The notes beneath the pieces were generated by a model. The model searched no databases, was not told the DNA's origin, and saw only the letters and a program-made list of their open reading frames with translations. The position numbers were made by a program, and so were the translations under genes. Positions 16,745 through 26,827 of a DNA stretch of 64,000 bases are shown here, piece after piece (positions within the stretch are counted from its first letter, which is position 1; each line of letters opens with the position of its first letter). The stretch spans positions 281,764 through 345,763 of the forward strand of contig JAJACK010000001.1 of the NCBI GenBank assembly GCA_022601535.1. The letters are read 5' to 3'. This DNA is from Chlamydiales bacterium. Its GTDB lineage: Bacteria; Chlamydiota; Chlamydiia; Chlamydiales; JAAKFR01.

Positions 16745-18014
16745 AGAGTACGCCTCCGTTCACACAAGCGCTGATGCTCGTTGCGTAGGCAATACTTGCT
16801 GCCCCTAAGTGGAAGACAAAGACAAAAAGTGTGTTGAGAATTACATTTAAAAGGACTGTTCCAATCGAAGCAACTGTTGGAATAAGGTAGTTTTTCCGAG
16901 CAAAAAAGGTTGTTGCAAGAATCAAAACCAAACTCATCGGCACAAGCCCCAATCCATACGCCCAAAGGCATTGAGTCGTCTCGGCAATCGCTACATCTCC
17001 AAATTTTCCATGCCCATAGACCAGCTTGATAGAGAGATTCCCAAGGAGAAAAATCCCGATTGTAATCGGAAGCATCAAAGCTATGGTTCGACTCACTGCA
17101 TAACGGAAAAAACGCGCTGTTTTTTCCTGATCTCCTGATTGAATTGCACGTGTCAGAGGGGGAAGAAGAGCGCCTGCCATTCCTACGCCGAAAAGAGCTA
17201 GTGGAAGTTGTTGAAGACGAATTGCATACCAAAGGTATGCAGGCCCTTCTGAAGAGGCTATCCGCGCAAAAATGGTATCGAGAGCGCTATTGATTTGTGT
17301 TGCGGTTACCCCAAAAATACAGAGGAGAAATGGGCGCAAAATGGGAAGAATCGGCATTTTCTCTTGATGCGGATGGCTCAACTCTTTGAGCACACGAGGA
17401 AGAGTGACTCCCCACTGAAGCATAAAAGCAAAGACGAGGAGCATTGCAAGATTTTGCATCGCTTCACGAACAGGAGTGTTCCACATGAAACAAATCGCCA
17501 CGATCCAAACGGTGTTTAAAAAAAAGGGTGCTACACTTGGGAGAAAAAAACTTTTTTCACAATTGAGGAGAGAGTTATTGAGAGCAAAGAGACAAATAAA
17601 GACAATTGCCGGCAACAGAAGCATCGTTAATTCGATCACATCCCGATTTTCTAAAGAGGGGTGTCCAAAATAGAGTACACTTCCCAAAATCCCTTCCACA
17701 GCAACGACAATAATCAAGAGAAGAAGAAGAAGGGAGGTGTAGAGATCATAGAAAAAACGGGCAGCTTTAGCTGGATCTTCACTTCGAAGAGACTCAAAAT
17801 GGGGAACAAAAGCGGAGTGAAGAGCCCCCTCTCCAAACACTCGGCGGAGTAGATGAGAGAAACGAAATGCCATCCAAAAAGCGGCAACAGCTGGCTGAGT
17901 TCCAAAGGCAACTGCCATCAACACCTCTCTTCCAAGACCTGAAAAACGGCTGATCAATGTCCCTGTAAAAAATCTCTTTGCAGAGCGAGCAATGGTGAGC
18001 TGGGAGTCGTTCAT
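16701..18014 (-). CDS. murJ: lipid II flippase MurJ (MviN family), short
   Basis: N-terminus [38 protein letters not shown] is typical MurJ, followed by a polytopic membrane protein. I chose ATG 18012-18014 over the tracked TTG at 18023. The 3' end overlaps rpsD by 44 nt. Confidence 0.8.
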   Translation of the reverse strand: MNDSQLTIARSAKRFFTGTLISRFSGLGREVLMAVAFGTQPAVAAFWMAFRFSHLLRRVFGEGALHSAFVPHFESLRSEDPAKAARFFYDLYTSLLLLLLIIVVAVEGILGSVLYFGHPSLENRDVIELTMLLLPAIVFICLFALNNSLLNCEKSFFLPSVAPFFLNTVWIVAICFMWNTPVREAMQNLAMLLVFAFMLQWGVTLPRVLKELSHPHQEKMPILPILRPFLLCIFGVTATQINSALDTIFARIASSEGPAYLWYAIRLQQLPLALFGVGMAGALLPPLTRAIQSGDQEKTARFFRYAVSRTIALMLPITIGIFLLGNLSIKLVYGHGKFGDVAIAETTQCLWAYGLGLVPMSLVLILATTFFARKNYLIPTVASIGTVLLNVILNTLFVFVFHLGAASIAYATSISACVNGGVLFMFYVQGIRKQRED

Positions 18015-18053
18015 TCTTTGCAATATATCTAATATAGTTTATTATTGCATCCC

Positions 18054-18914
18054 ATGAAAACACCTGCTGACCAACTTTTAATTGGAGCGCACACCTCAGC
18101 TGCAGGTGGAGCGCACAACGCCCTACTTGAAGGGGAATCGATCGGAGCGACTACGATCCAACTCTTCACTGCAAATCAAAAGCAGTGGAAGGGGAAAGCC
18201 TTAACCGAATCGGGGATTGAGCTTTTTCGCAAAACCAAAGAAGAAATTGGTCTTGAAGAAATTATGTGTCACGCTAGCTACCTTATCAACCTAGGCTGCC
18301 CCAATGCCGACACATTGAAAAAGAGTAGACAAGCGTTCCGTGAAGAGCTGCAACGGTGTCTTGATCTTGAAATTTCCTACCTCAATTTCCATCCAGGAGC
18401 GGCATTAAAAGACCCTGTTGAAAGTTGCTTAGATCGGATTGTTGACAGCCTTCTTAATTTTGAAGATCTTCTTCTGGATGATTCAACGACACTTCTTCTT
18501 GAAACAACAGCTGGCCAAGGATCGTGCGTTGGCCACCGCTTTGAAGAGCTCGCCTATATTATCGAAGAGACAAAAGATGTCCTCCCAATTGGCGTCTGTA
18601 TCGACACCTGCCACATTTTTGCAGCAGGTTACGATATTCGTTCTGCAAAAGCGTGGAATAAAACGCTCGAAGAGTTCGATAAAATTGTAGGACTCGACTA
18701 TCTCTACGCCTTCCATCTCAACGATTCACTCAAAGAGTTTGCATCGAGACGAGATCGGCACGCTCCTTTGGGAGAGGGAGAGATTGGGCTCGACTGTTTT
18801 AAATTTTTGATGCGTGATCCTCGCACCCGAGACCTCCCCAAATACCTCGAGACACCAGGCGGCCCCCCTCTTTGGGAAAAAGAAATTAAAATGCTACGGG
18901 AATATGCAAAATGA
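18054..18914 (+). CDS. nfo: endonuclease IV
   Basis: IGAHTS.AGG, QLFT.NQ..W, FHPG, LETTAGQG, the H..D...H metal-ligand pattern, and LETP near the C-terminus. Confidence 0.9.
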   Translation: MKTPADQLLIGAHTSAAGGAHNALLEGESIGATTIQLFTANQKQWKGKALTESGIELFRKTKEEIGLEEIMCHASYLINLGCPNADTLKKSRQAFREELQRCLDLEISYLNFHPGAALKDPVESCLDRIVDSLLNFEDLLLDDSTTLLLETTAGQGSCVGHRFEELAYIIEETKDVLPIGVCIDTCHIFAAGYDIRSAKAWNKTLEEFDKIVGLDYLYAFHLNDSLKEFASRRDRHAPLGEGEIGLDCFKFLMRDPRTRDLPKYLETPGGPPLWEKEIKMLREYAK

Positions 18915-20239
18915 GACAACGGATCAAACAGATCAAACAAGATAAAACACTCATTGGAAAAGAGATCGTCGTCAATGGATGGATCCGAACGATCCGGGAA
19001 CAAAAAACCTTTGCGTTTATCGAGATCAATGACGGCTCCACCCTTTCAAACCTCCAAGTGATCGCCCCTCCTAACCTCGAAGCGATGACAACAGGCGCTG
19101 CTATCCAAGCAAAAGGGAAACTTGTTGAAAGTCCTGGAGGAAAGCAGAGCGTTGAAATCCAAGCAACTAAAATCGATCTCATTGGAAGCTGCCACGCTGA
19201 AGATTACCCCCTGCAGAAAAAACGGCACTCATTTGAGTTTCTCCGTTCAATTGCCCACCTTCGCCCCCGCACCAATACAATTGGCGCTGTGACGCGTGTC
19301 CGAAATGAACTCTCCTACGCAACGCACCGTTTTTTTCAAGAGAAAGGATTTCTCAATCTCCATACGCCAATTATTACCCTCTCCGACTGTGAAGGGGCTG
19401 GAGAACTTTTCGAAGTCAAAACCAGTGAGAAGGAAGATTTTTTTGGAAGCCCCGCCTATCTCACTGTTTCTGGACAACTCAATGCCGAGATCTATTCATG
19501 TGCCCTTTCTGACGTCTATACCTTTGGTCCCACTTTCCGTGCTGAGAATTCCAACACCTCTCGCCACTTAGCCGAATTTTGGATGGTCGAACCTGAAATG
19601 GCATTTGCCGATATCGATGATGATATGGACCTTGCCGAGGCGTACCTCAAAGAGATTTTTGAAAGTGTCCTCACCCAATGTAGTGAAGAGATGGATTTTT
19701 TCAACCGTTTCATCTCTAAAGGTGTGAAAGAGCGACTTGAATCTGTTGTCTCTTCCCCTTTTGAACGGATTACCTATACAGAGGCGATTGAAATTCTTAA
19801 GACATCGAATCAAACATTTGAATTCCCTACGACTTGGGGGTGTGATTTCCAAGCAGAGCACGAACGTTACCTGTGTGAACAACACTTTAAAAAACCGGTC
19901 ATCGTCTACAACTACCCCCTTTCGATCAAGCCATTTTACATGCGTGTCAATGATGACCAAAAAACGGTTGCAAACATGGATGTTTTGGTTCCAGGAGTGG
20001 GAGAAATCATCGGCGGAAGTCAACGTGAAGAGCGGCTTGACATTCTCTCAAATCGGATGGATGCCCTTGAAATGGATAAAGAGGAGTATTGGTGGTATCT
20101 TGAGCTTAGGAAGTATGGTTCGGTCCCACACGCAGGTTTTGGAGCAGGCTTTGAACGTCTCATTCTCTTTGCTACTGGGATGGAGAACATCCGGGATGTC
20201 ATTCCTTTCCCCCGCTATCCCGGCCATGCTGCCTTCTAG
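18911..20239 (+). CDS. asnS: asparagine--tRNA ligase
   Basis: Class IIb aaRS: N-terminal OB ([22 protein letters not shown]), motif 2 [19 protein letters not shown], motif 3 [13 protein letters not shown] overlap with nfo. Confidence 0.95.
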   Translation: MRQRIKQIKQDKTLIGKEIVVNGWIRTIREQKTFAFIEINDGSTLSNLQVIAPPNLEAMTTGAAIQAKGKLVESPGGKQSVEIQATKIDLIGSCHAEDYPLQKKRHSFEFLRSIAHLRPRTNTIGAVTRVRNELSYATHRFFQEKGFLNLHTPIITLSDCEGAGELFEVKTSEKEDFFGSPAYLTVSGQLNAEIYSCALSDVYTFGPTFRAENSNTSRHLAEFWMVEPEMAFADIDDDMDLAEAYLKEIFESVLTQCSEEMDFFNRFISKGVKERLESVVSSPFERITYTEAIEILKTSNQTFEFPTTWGCDFQAEHERYLCEQHFKKPVIVYNYPLSIKPFYMRVNDDQKTVANMDVLVPGVGEIIGGSQREERLDILSNRMDALEMDKEEYWWYLELRKYGSVPHAGFGAGFERLILFATGMENIRDVIPFPRYPGHAAF

Positions 20240-20285
20240 CTTAAATCTTTAATTTGAGATGCTTTGAGGTGTAATGAATCTTTTA

Positions 20286-20597
20286 CTAAGAGCTAGGCAC
20301 CCGCCGATCAAAATCTTGATCTAAAGATCGTCGACGATACACCTTTACTAAAGGAGGAGGGCCATTATGGCCCGGTCTAGCTATAGGAAGATCCATTAAC
20401 TCTGTAGCGGCCTCTTGAGGTGTTAAAGGTACAAGCTTATGATTTTTATGGGATTTTAAGCAGGAGGGTGCATGACAAATCATTTTTTGACACTCCGTGC
20501 AAAAAGAAGGGGGTAGGACGTCTACTATAACTACTCTCTTACATTGAGAACAGTCATACGTGATGGGAGGTTCGATTCGAGACACAGTTATTGACAT
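20286..20597 (-). CDS. small Cys/His-rich protein with a B-box-like zinc-finger pattern
   Basis: C16-x2-C-x13-C-x2-C-x4-CH-x3-C-x3-H-x2-H (DCSQCKR...FCTECQKMICHAPSCLKSHKNHKLVPL), followed by a Pro-rich basic tail. ATG start, 36 nt downstream of hemA. Confidence 0.5.
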   Translation of the reverse strand: MSITVSRIEPPITYDCSQCKRVVIVDVLPPSFCTECQKMICHAPSCLKSHKNHKLVPLTPQEAATELMDLPIARPGHNGPPPLVKVYRRRSLDQDFDRRVPSS

Positions 20598-20633
20598 CTT
20601 TACGCCTTGTTTAAGAGTCTAAATGATAGACAT

Positions 20634-21614
20634 TTAAGCAATTCCTTGCAAATGGGAAAGTTTTTTTAGGGTGAAAATCCCAAACTGCTTTTTGCTCTCT
20701 TTGTCGATAATCTGAGACTCTATCCACTCAAGCTCAGAGAGCTTGAGATTCCGATTTCGCTCCATCACCCGGATCAATTGGTCGATATTCATCAGCTTTA
20801 ATTGAGGGTGACGTGCCATTTTGGGATTGACATTCCGGGGGACAGAAAGGTCGATGAGAAGGCGAGATCCAGATAAGCGAGGGGCATTTTCGATCAGGAA
20901 ATGAGGGCATTTAGTTCCAAAAATGACAAGGTCATAGGTGTGCCATCGTTCTAAATTTTCCCAATCAAGCTTGCGAGGGTGAGAAATTTTTTCAGCCGTT
21001 CGGTTGCAATACGTGATCTTCCCAATCTTTTTTCTCTGCAACCAAGAGTAGATTTTTTGATTGATATTGGAGACTCCAACGAAGAGGATTTTTTTATCCT
21101 CTAATCCCCCAAGATATTCACTTCCTGTTGCATAGATTGTCTCTTCTAAAGAAGAGAGTCCCCGCCGAATGGTGAACTGAGAGCGTACTTGCTTCCCTAT
21201 TTTTAAACTTTTTTGAAAAAGAAAGTGTAGCTCTGAGGGGAGCTTTTCTTTCGCCTCAAGATATGCTTGCTTCACCTGCCCTTGAATTTCTGTCTCGCCA
21301 ATCATCGCACTGTCTAAACCTGCTGTCACCCGTGCTAGATGTTGAAAACAGTCGATCCCAAAATAGGAATAGACCCGCTGCTCAAACTCTTCATCAATCC
21401 CTTCTCTCAAAACATAAAGGAGGTAGCTGTGTGCTTCTGAGAGGTTGTCAGCGTGAAAATAGATCTCGGTTCGATTGCATGTTGAAAGGGGGATGTAGGC
21501 AATTTTGGAATGGAGTGAGCAGGGGTTAAAGCGGCGTGAGCACACTTTGGCGATTTTTTCCCGAAGGGTAAGCGACGCGAGTTTGTGATTAATCCCGATG
21601 ACACCGATACGCAT
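20634..21614 (-). CDS. hemA: glutamyl-tRNA reductase (short form)
   Basis: MRIGVIGINHKLASLTLREKIA, STCNRTEIY and GETEIQGQVK are HemA N-domain motifs. A Rossmann region follows (ILFVGVSNINQKI). Confidence 0.8.
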   Translation of the reverse strand: MRIGVIGINHKLASLTLREKIAKVCSRRFNPCSLHSKIAYIPLSTCNRTEIYFHADNLSEAHSYLLYVLREGIDEEFEQRVYSYFGIDCFQHLARVTAGLDSAMIGETEIQGQVKQAYLEAKEKLPSELHFLFQKSLKIGKQVRSQFTIRRGLSSLEETIYATGSEYLGGLEDKKILFVGVSNINQKIYSWLQRKKIGKITYCNRTAEKISHPRKLDWENLERWHTYDLVIFGTKCPHFLIENAPRLSGSRLLIDLSVPRNVNPKMARHPQLKLMNIDQLIRVMERNRNLKLSELEWIESQIIDKESKKQFGIFTLKKLSHLQGIA

Positions 21615-21670
21615 AGGAATCAGGTATACCCAATTAAATCCTTTATAAGACAGAAATTTCTTTCTAGGTT

Positions 21671-23485
21671 ATGATGGCGGAGATGGGAAAAAAATATGAC
21701 GAGAGCGCTGTCAAGACGGTCGATGCTCTCACTCACATTCGACTACGCTCTGGAATGTACATCGGGCGGCTAGGTGATGGCTCTCATATCGACGATGGAA
21801 TCTACATCCTTTTGAAGGAGGTCATCGACAACAGTATCGATGAATTCATCATGGGGAATGGGAAGAAAATCTCTATCTCTTTTGATGCAAAAAATCATCG
21901 ACTAGAGGTGCGCGATTACGGTCGAGGAATCCCTCTTGGAAAAGTCATCGATTGTGTAAGCCAAATCAATACGGGTGCTAAATACAACGATGATGTGTTC
22001 CAATTCTCCGTTGGCCTCAATGGTGTTGGTTTAAAAGCTGTCAATGCTCTCTCTTCTCATTTTATGGTCCGCTCTGTCCGTGAAAAAAAAATGTTAGAAG
22101 CGTCGTTTGAAAAAGGGAAACTTCTCTCTAAAAAACAGAAGAGCACAACTGAAAAAGATGGAACGTATGTAGAGTTTACTCCCGACCCTGAAATTTTTGG
22201 GAAATTTAGCTATCAAGAGGAGCTGATCCAAAAGCGGCTTTGGCACTACGCCTATCTCAATACAGGTCTCACGTTGAAATACAATGGAGAATCCATTTTT
22301 TCAGAAAATGGATTGCTCGATCTCCTCAATCAAGAGGTGAAAGAAGATCGGATCTATGACCCTCTTCACTATACGAGCAAACACCTTGAATTTGCTTTCC
22401 TCCACACGCAAAGTTATGGTGAAAGTCACTTCTCTTTTGTCAATGGACAATACACCGCCGATGGCGGCACGCATCTCTCTGCATTCCGGGAAGGGATTTT
22501 GAAAGGAATCAATGAGTTTGCGAAAAAAAATTACCAAGGGGTTGATGTACGGGATGGAATTGTCGGTTGCATCCTGGTCAAAGTGAAAGACCCTGTCTTT
22601 GAATCACAGACAAAAAATAAGCTGAGCAATACTGAGATCCGTTCATCGATTATGAAAGAGGTGAAAGAGGCTGTCTACCACCTTCTCCACAAGGAGAAGC
22701 AGGTGGCAAATAAATTGATCGAACGAATCGCTTTCAATGAAAAGCTCCGTAAAGAGCTCTCTGCTGTGAAAAAAGAGGCGCGGGAAAAACAGAAAAAAAT
22801 CTCTTTTAAGATCCCTAAACTGCGCGATTGTAAATTTCACTTCAATAAAGAATCTCTCTATAGCGATCAAACGATGATTTTTCTAACAGAAGGAGAATCA
22901 GCAAGTGCTTCGATCGTCTCTTCACGTGATCCATTGACACAAGCGATCTTCACCCTTCGGGGAAAACCGATGAATGTGCATGGAATGAAACTCGATCAAC
23001 TCTACAAAAATGAAGAGATGTTCAATTTGATGAACGCACTCAATGTTGAAGAGGATATTTCTGGTCTCCGCTATAATAAAATTGTTCTTGCAACCGACGC
23101 CGATGTTGATGGGATGCATATCCGAAATCTGCTCATCACATTTTTTCTTACCTATTTTGAAGGACTTGTCTTAAACGGCCATCTTCATGTCCTTGAAACA
23201 CCTCTTTTTAAAGTGCGTGATAAAACAAAAACCATCTATTGCTACTCCGAAGAAGAAAAAGAGGCTGCTTGCAAGTTATTGAAAAAACCTGAGACAACCC
23301 GCTTTAAAGGGTTGGGAGAGATCTCTCCAAATGAATTTAAACAGTTTATTGGCGAAAAAATGCGTTTAAAGCCTGTGATTGTGAATGCTTTTTCTGATAT
23401 TAAACCAACACTTGAGTTTTATATGGGAAAAAATACACCTGACCGCAAACAATTTATCATGAACAACTTGATCAATGAAGGATGA
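21671..23485 (+). CDS. parE: type IIA topoisomerase subunit B, short paralog (ParE / GyrB_2-like)
   Basis: GHKL ATPase (LKEVIDNSIDE, GRGIP, GLNGVG), Toprim (LTEGESA, DADVDGMHI). About 600 aa, like chlamydial GyrB_2 rather than full-length GyrB. Confidence 0.85.
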   Translation: MMAEMGKKYDESAVKTVDALTHIRLRSGMYIGRLGDGSHIDDGIYILLKEVIDNSIDEFIMGNGKKISISFDAKNHRLEVRDYGRGIPLGKVIDCVSQINTGAKYNDDVFQFSVGLNGVGLKAVNALSSHFMVRSVREKKMLEASFEKGKLLSKKQKSTTEKDGTYVEFTPDPEIFGKFSYQEELIQKRLWHYAYLNTGLTLKYNGESIFSENGLLDLLNQEVKEDRIYDPLHYTSKHLEFAFLHTQSYGESHFSFVNGQYTADGGTHLSAFREGILKGINEFAKKNYQGVDVRDGIVGCILVKVKDPVFESQTKNKLSNTEIRSSIMKEVKEAVYHLLHKEKQVANKLIERIAFNEKLRKELSAVKKEAREKQKKISFKIPKLRDCKFHFNKESLYSDQTMIFLTEGESASASIVSSRDPLTQAIFTLRGKPMNVHGMKLDQLYKNEEMFNLMNALNVEEDISGLRYNKIVLATDADVDGMHIRNLLITFFLTYFEGLVLNGHLHVLETPLFKVRDKTKTIYCYSEEEKEAACKLLKKPETTRFKGLGEISPNEFKQFIGEKMRLKPVIVNAFSDIKPTLEFYMGKNTPDRKQFIMNNLINEG

Positions 23486-25367
23486 TGTTAAAAACCAGTT
23501 TCGGGAGAATTATCTCCGCTACGCTTCCTATGTGATCCTCGATCGAGCGATCCCAAGTGTTGTCGATGGGCTAAAACCTGTGCAAAGACGAATTCTTTGG
23601 ACTCTGTTTAAAATGGATGATGGGAAACTCCATAAAGTGGCAAATGTTGCTGGACAAACAATGGCCCTCCACCCTCATGGTGATGCCCCTATTGTCGAAG
23701 CGCTTGTCAATGTTGCAAACAAAAAATACCTCCTCGAGCGGCAGGGAAATTTTGGGAACCCACACACGGGTGACCCGGCTGCTGCTGCCCGTTATATTGA
23801 GACAAAACTCTCAGACCTTGCAAAAGAAGCCCTTTTTAATCCACAATTGACAACATTTGTTCCCTCCTATGATGGACGGAATGAAGAGCCTGTTGTCTTG
23901 CCTGCTAAAATTCCTCTCCTCTTGATGCAAGGGGCTGAAGGGATTGCCGTTGGAATGGCGACAAAGATTTTTCCCCACAACTTTTGCGAGTTACTCGAAG
24001 CACAAATCGCTCTTCTTGAAGGAAAAAAAATGACCGTCCTTCCCGATTTTCCCTCGGGGGGAATCATGGATGCCTCTAACTATGACTGCGGACGAGGGAA
24101 GATCAAACTCCGTGCTAAAATTGATATTTTAGATGAGAAGACACTGGTTGTAAGAGAGATTTGCCAAGGAACCAATACCGAAGGGGTGATCCGCTCGATC
24201 GATGATGCTGCAAAAAAAGGAAAGATCAAAATCGAGGCGATCAACGACTACACCGCTGAAAAAATTGAGATCGAAATCAAGCTCCCCCGTGGACAGTATG
24301 CGAAAAAATGTATCGAAACACTCTACGCTTTTACTGACCTTGAAATCTCTTTGAGTTCTCAAATCATCGCTATCTATGAGGGGCTCCCTCGAGAAGAGAG
24401 CGTCGATGAGATCTTAGAGAGGCAAACAGGATTGGTCAAAGGATATCTCAAAGCTGAACTCGAAATTGAAAGAGATCGGTTGACGGAGAAAATTTTTGAG
24501 AAAACCTTGGAACAGATCTTTATTGAAAACCGGCTTTACAAAGAAATTGAAGAGATCAAATCGTATGAAAAGGTGCATGAGACAATTGCAAAGAGTTTGC
24601 TCCCATTCCATAAAAAATTGATCCGCGTCCCAACAAAAGATGATCGAGAAAAATTGCTCAGTATCCCCATCAGACGGATCTCCCGCTTTGATATCGATAA
24701 GAATCAAGATGAAATTGTCACTCTTGATGAGAAGCTTCAAAAAGTTGAAAAAGACCTGAAAAACATCAAGCGATTTACCATCCATTATTTAAAATCTCTT
24801 CTAAAGAAATATGGTCCTCTCTTCCCACGAAGAACAAAGATTGAAACGATTGAACTGATCGATAAACGAGCGATCTCAGAGCGCACTGTAAAAGTTGGTT
24901 ACGATCCTGAAACAGGCTTTTTGGGGACAAAAGTGAGTGCTGAGATGAGTGTAGAGTGTAGCAGTCTTGATAAACTCCTTGTTCTTTTTGAAGATGGAAC
25001 TTACCGGGTGATTCAGATTCCTGAGAAGCTTTATGCAGAAAAAGCGATTTGGATTGGGCCGGCGGATAAAAAAACGGTGCTCAATGTGATTTCAAGGGAT
25101 ACAAAAACGAATTTCCCTTATGTAAAGCGGTTTGTTGTGAAACAATTTATCATCGACAAGGTGTATACATACCTTGAAGAGGGAAAAAAACTTGAGTATC
25201 TTTCAAGCGATTCAAATGCTGTGTTGCAACTCCTTTTCAAGGCAAAACCAAAGCAGAAGGTGAAAAAGCTTGAATTTAGTTTTGAAGAGGTTGCCCCTAA
25301 AGGAGCAGGAGCCCGTGGCCTTAGAATTGCTAATAAGGAATTGAGAACAATTAAACTCTGTAAATAG
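23475..25367 (+). CDS. parC: type IIA topoisomerase subunit A, short paralog (ParC / GyrA_2-like)
   Basis: YASYVILDRAIPSVVDGLKPVQRRILW, HPHGD and AAARYIE (catalytic Tyr context). It overlaps parE by 11 nt. Confidence 0.85.
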   Translation: MKDDVKNQFRENYLRYASYVILDRAIPSVVDGLKPVQRRILWTLFKMDDGKLHKVANVAGQTMALHPHGDAPIVEALVNVANKKYLLERQGNFGNPHTGDPAAAARYIETKLSDLAKEALFNPQLTTFVPSYDGRNEEPVVLPAKIPLLLMQGAEGIAVGMATKIFPHNFCELLEAQIALLEGKKMTVLPDFPSGGIMDASNYDCGRGKIKLRAKIDILDEKTLVVREICQGTNTEGVIRSIDDAAKKGKIKIEAINDYTAEKIEIEIKLPRGQYAKKCIETLYAFTDLEISLSSQIIAIYEGLPREESVDEILERQTGLVKGYLKAELEIERDRLTEKIFEKTLEQIFIENRLYKEIEEIKSYEKVHETIAKSLLPFHKKLIRVPTKDDREKLLSIPIRRISRFDIDKNQDEIVTLDEKLQKVEKDLKNIKRFTIHYLKSLLKKYGPLFPRRTKIETIELIDKRAISERTVKVGYDPETGFLGTKVSAEMSVECSSLDKLLVLFEDGTYRVIQIPEKLYAEKAIWIGPADKKTVLNVISRDTKTNFPYVKRFVVKQFIIDKVYTYLEEGKKLEYLSSDSNAVLQLLFKAKPKQKVKKLEFSFEEVAPKGAGARGLRIANKELRTIKLCK

Positions 25368-25376
25368 AGGTGTATT

Positions 25377-25700
25377 ATGAGTGGACTTGGGGGAGCTAGC
25401 GGGCCAGATTCAACTCCCAAAATTGGAAATGATCCGATCAAAGGAGTTGAAGACAAGGGTAAAGGGACAAACAAGACATTTGCCGAAACGCAACAAAATC
25501 AAAGTGATCATTCAATGTCTGCTTTTGAAAAACAGTGTATCGATGTTGCTGTAAAAAGTGGTAAATCAGAAGAAGATGGGAAAAAATTCTTCCGAAAGAT
25601 GCAAAAATCGATCATGATGAACTGCATGAGACAGATGCAAGAAGCAGAAAAGCACCGTAAAGAAATTTTGGCTCAAAATAAAGCGATCTATGGGGGATAA
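25377..25700 (+). CDS. hypothetical protein (disordered N-terminus, helical C-terminus)
   Basis: 107-aa ORF with a GAGGTG SD upstream of the ATG, 9 nt after parC. No motif recognised. Confidence 0.45.
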   Translation: MSGLGGASGPDSTPKIGNDPIKGVEDKGKGTNKTFAETQQNQSDHSMSAFEKQCIDVAVKSGKSEEDGKKFFRKMQKSIMMNCMRQMQEAEKHRKEILAQNKAIYGG

Positions 25701-25949
25701 ATGTTAAATCTATTTGTTGGATACCCGCTCTCTTCTAAACTCAAAGAACAATTCAACCCCCGTCTTCTCCGCCTTTTCCAAGACTATTTGTCAGAGATCG
25801 AAATCGAAGAGAGCCCTTATATCGGAAAGAAAATGGATGCTCTTCCCACACTCGAGGAGCTCGATAATGCAGAGGCACATATTTTGAGTCTTCTCCAAAG
25901 AATCGCTCCCAATCACACCTTTTCAACCTGTCAACTCATTGCCTTATGA
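25701..25949 (+). CDS. hypothetical protein
   Basis: 82-aa ORF with a TAAATG junction to the previous ORF and an ATGA overlap with rluD. No motif recognised. Confidence 0.4.
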   Translation: MLNLFVGYPLSSKLKEQFNPRLLRLFQDYLSEIEIEESPYIGKKMDALPTLEELDNAEAHILSLLQRIAPNHTFSTCQLIAL

Positions 25950-26815
25950 TCGTAGAACCTGGCGAAGAGAGCGAGCGGCTCGATAAGCTTCTTGCCCTTC
26001 GCTACCCCGATTTTTCCCGCACCTATTTTCAATCACTCATCGAAAAAAAATTGGTCCTTGTCAATGGAGAAAAGGTGAAAAAACGGACTCGCCTTACCGT
26101 TGGTGATGAGATTGAAATTGAATTTGCTGCAACCGATGAGATTTCCCTTGAACCAGAAAATATCCCCCTCTCTATTTTGTATGAAGATGAAGCGATCATC
26201 GCAGTCGATAAGCCTGCTGGACTTGTCACTCACCCTGCTGTTGGGAATTGGCAAGGAACATTTGTCAATGCACTCCTCTACCACTGCCAACACCTTCCAG
26301 AAAATGATCTACGCCCCGGCATTGTCCACCGGCTTGACAAAGATACAACAGGTGTTTTAGTCGCAGCAAAAACCACACAGATGCAGCAGCAATTGGTCGA
26401 TTTTTTTGCAAAGCGATTGGTGAAAAAAAAGTATGTCGCCATCTGTGTTGGCAACCCGGGAAAACAAGTGATCAAAAATCGACTTGGACGACACCCTAAA
26501 AAAAGAAAAGAGATGGCCGTTTTAGAAGAGGGAGGTAAAGAGGCGATCACCCGTGTTGAAACCCGCTCTTTTGATGAAAAATTAAGCATTGTCGACCTCT
26601 ATCCAGAGACAGGGCGAACCCACCAACTCCGGATTCATCTGAAATCGATCGGCTGTCCTATTCTAGGAGATCCTGTTTATGGAAACCCCTCTTTAAACAA
26701 AAAATATGGTGAGACAAGGCAGCTTCTTCACGCTGAAGAGCTCACCCTTCCTCTTAAAAAAAACCTTAAAATCGTTGCTCCAATTCCAAAAGATATGCAA
26801 AAATATTTCCTTTAA
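25946..26815 (+). CDS. rluD: RluA/RluD-family 23S rRNA pseudouridine synthase
   Basis: N-terminal S4 domain (RLDKLL...), catalytic HRLDKDTTGVLV, and GRTHQLRIH. Confidence 0.85.
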   Translation: MIVEPGEESERLDKLLALRYPDFSRTYFQSLIEKKLVLVNGEKVKKRTRLTVGDEIEIEFAATDEISLEPENIPLSILYEDEAIIAVDKPAGLVTHPAVGNWQGTFVNALLYHCQHLPENDLRPGIVHRLDKDTTGVLVAAKTTQMQQQLVDFFAKRLVKKKYVAICVGNPGKQVIKNRLGRHPKKRKEMAVLEEGGKEAITRVETRSFDEKLSIVDLYPETGRTHQLRIHLKSIGCPILGDPVYGNPSLNKKYGETRQLLHAEELTLPLKKNLKIVAPIPKDMQKYFL

Positions 26816-26827
26816 AAATTGGAGGAT

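Noticed and set aside
16701-18014. MurJ at about 437 aa might be a truncated pseudogene
   Set aside because: The ORF is uninterrupted from a canonical MurJ N-terminus, and I see no MurJ-like continuation in another frame downstream. Shortness alone is not evidence. This remains unverified without an alignment.
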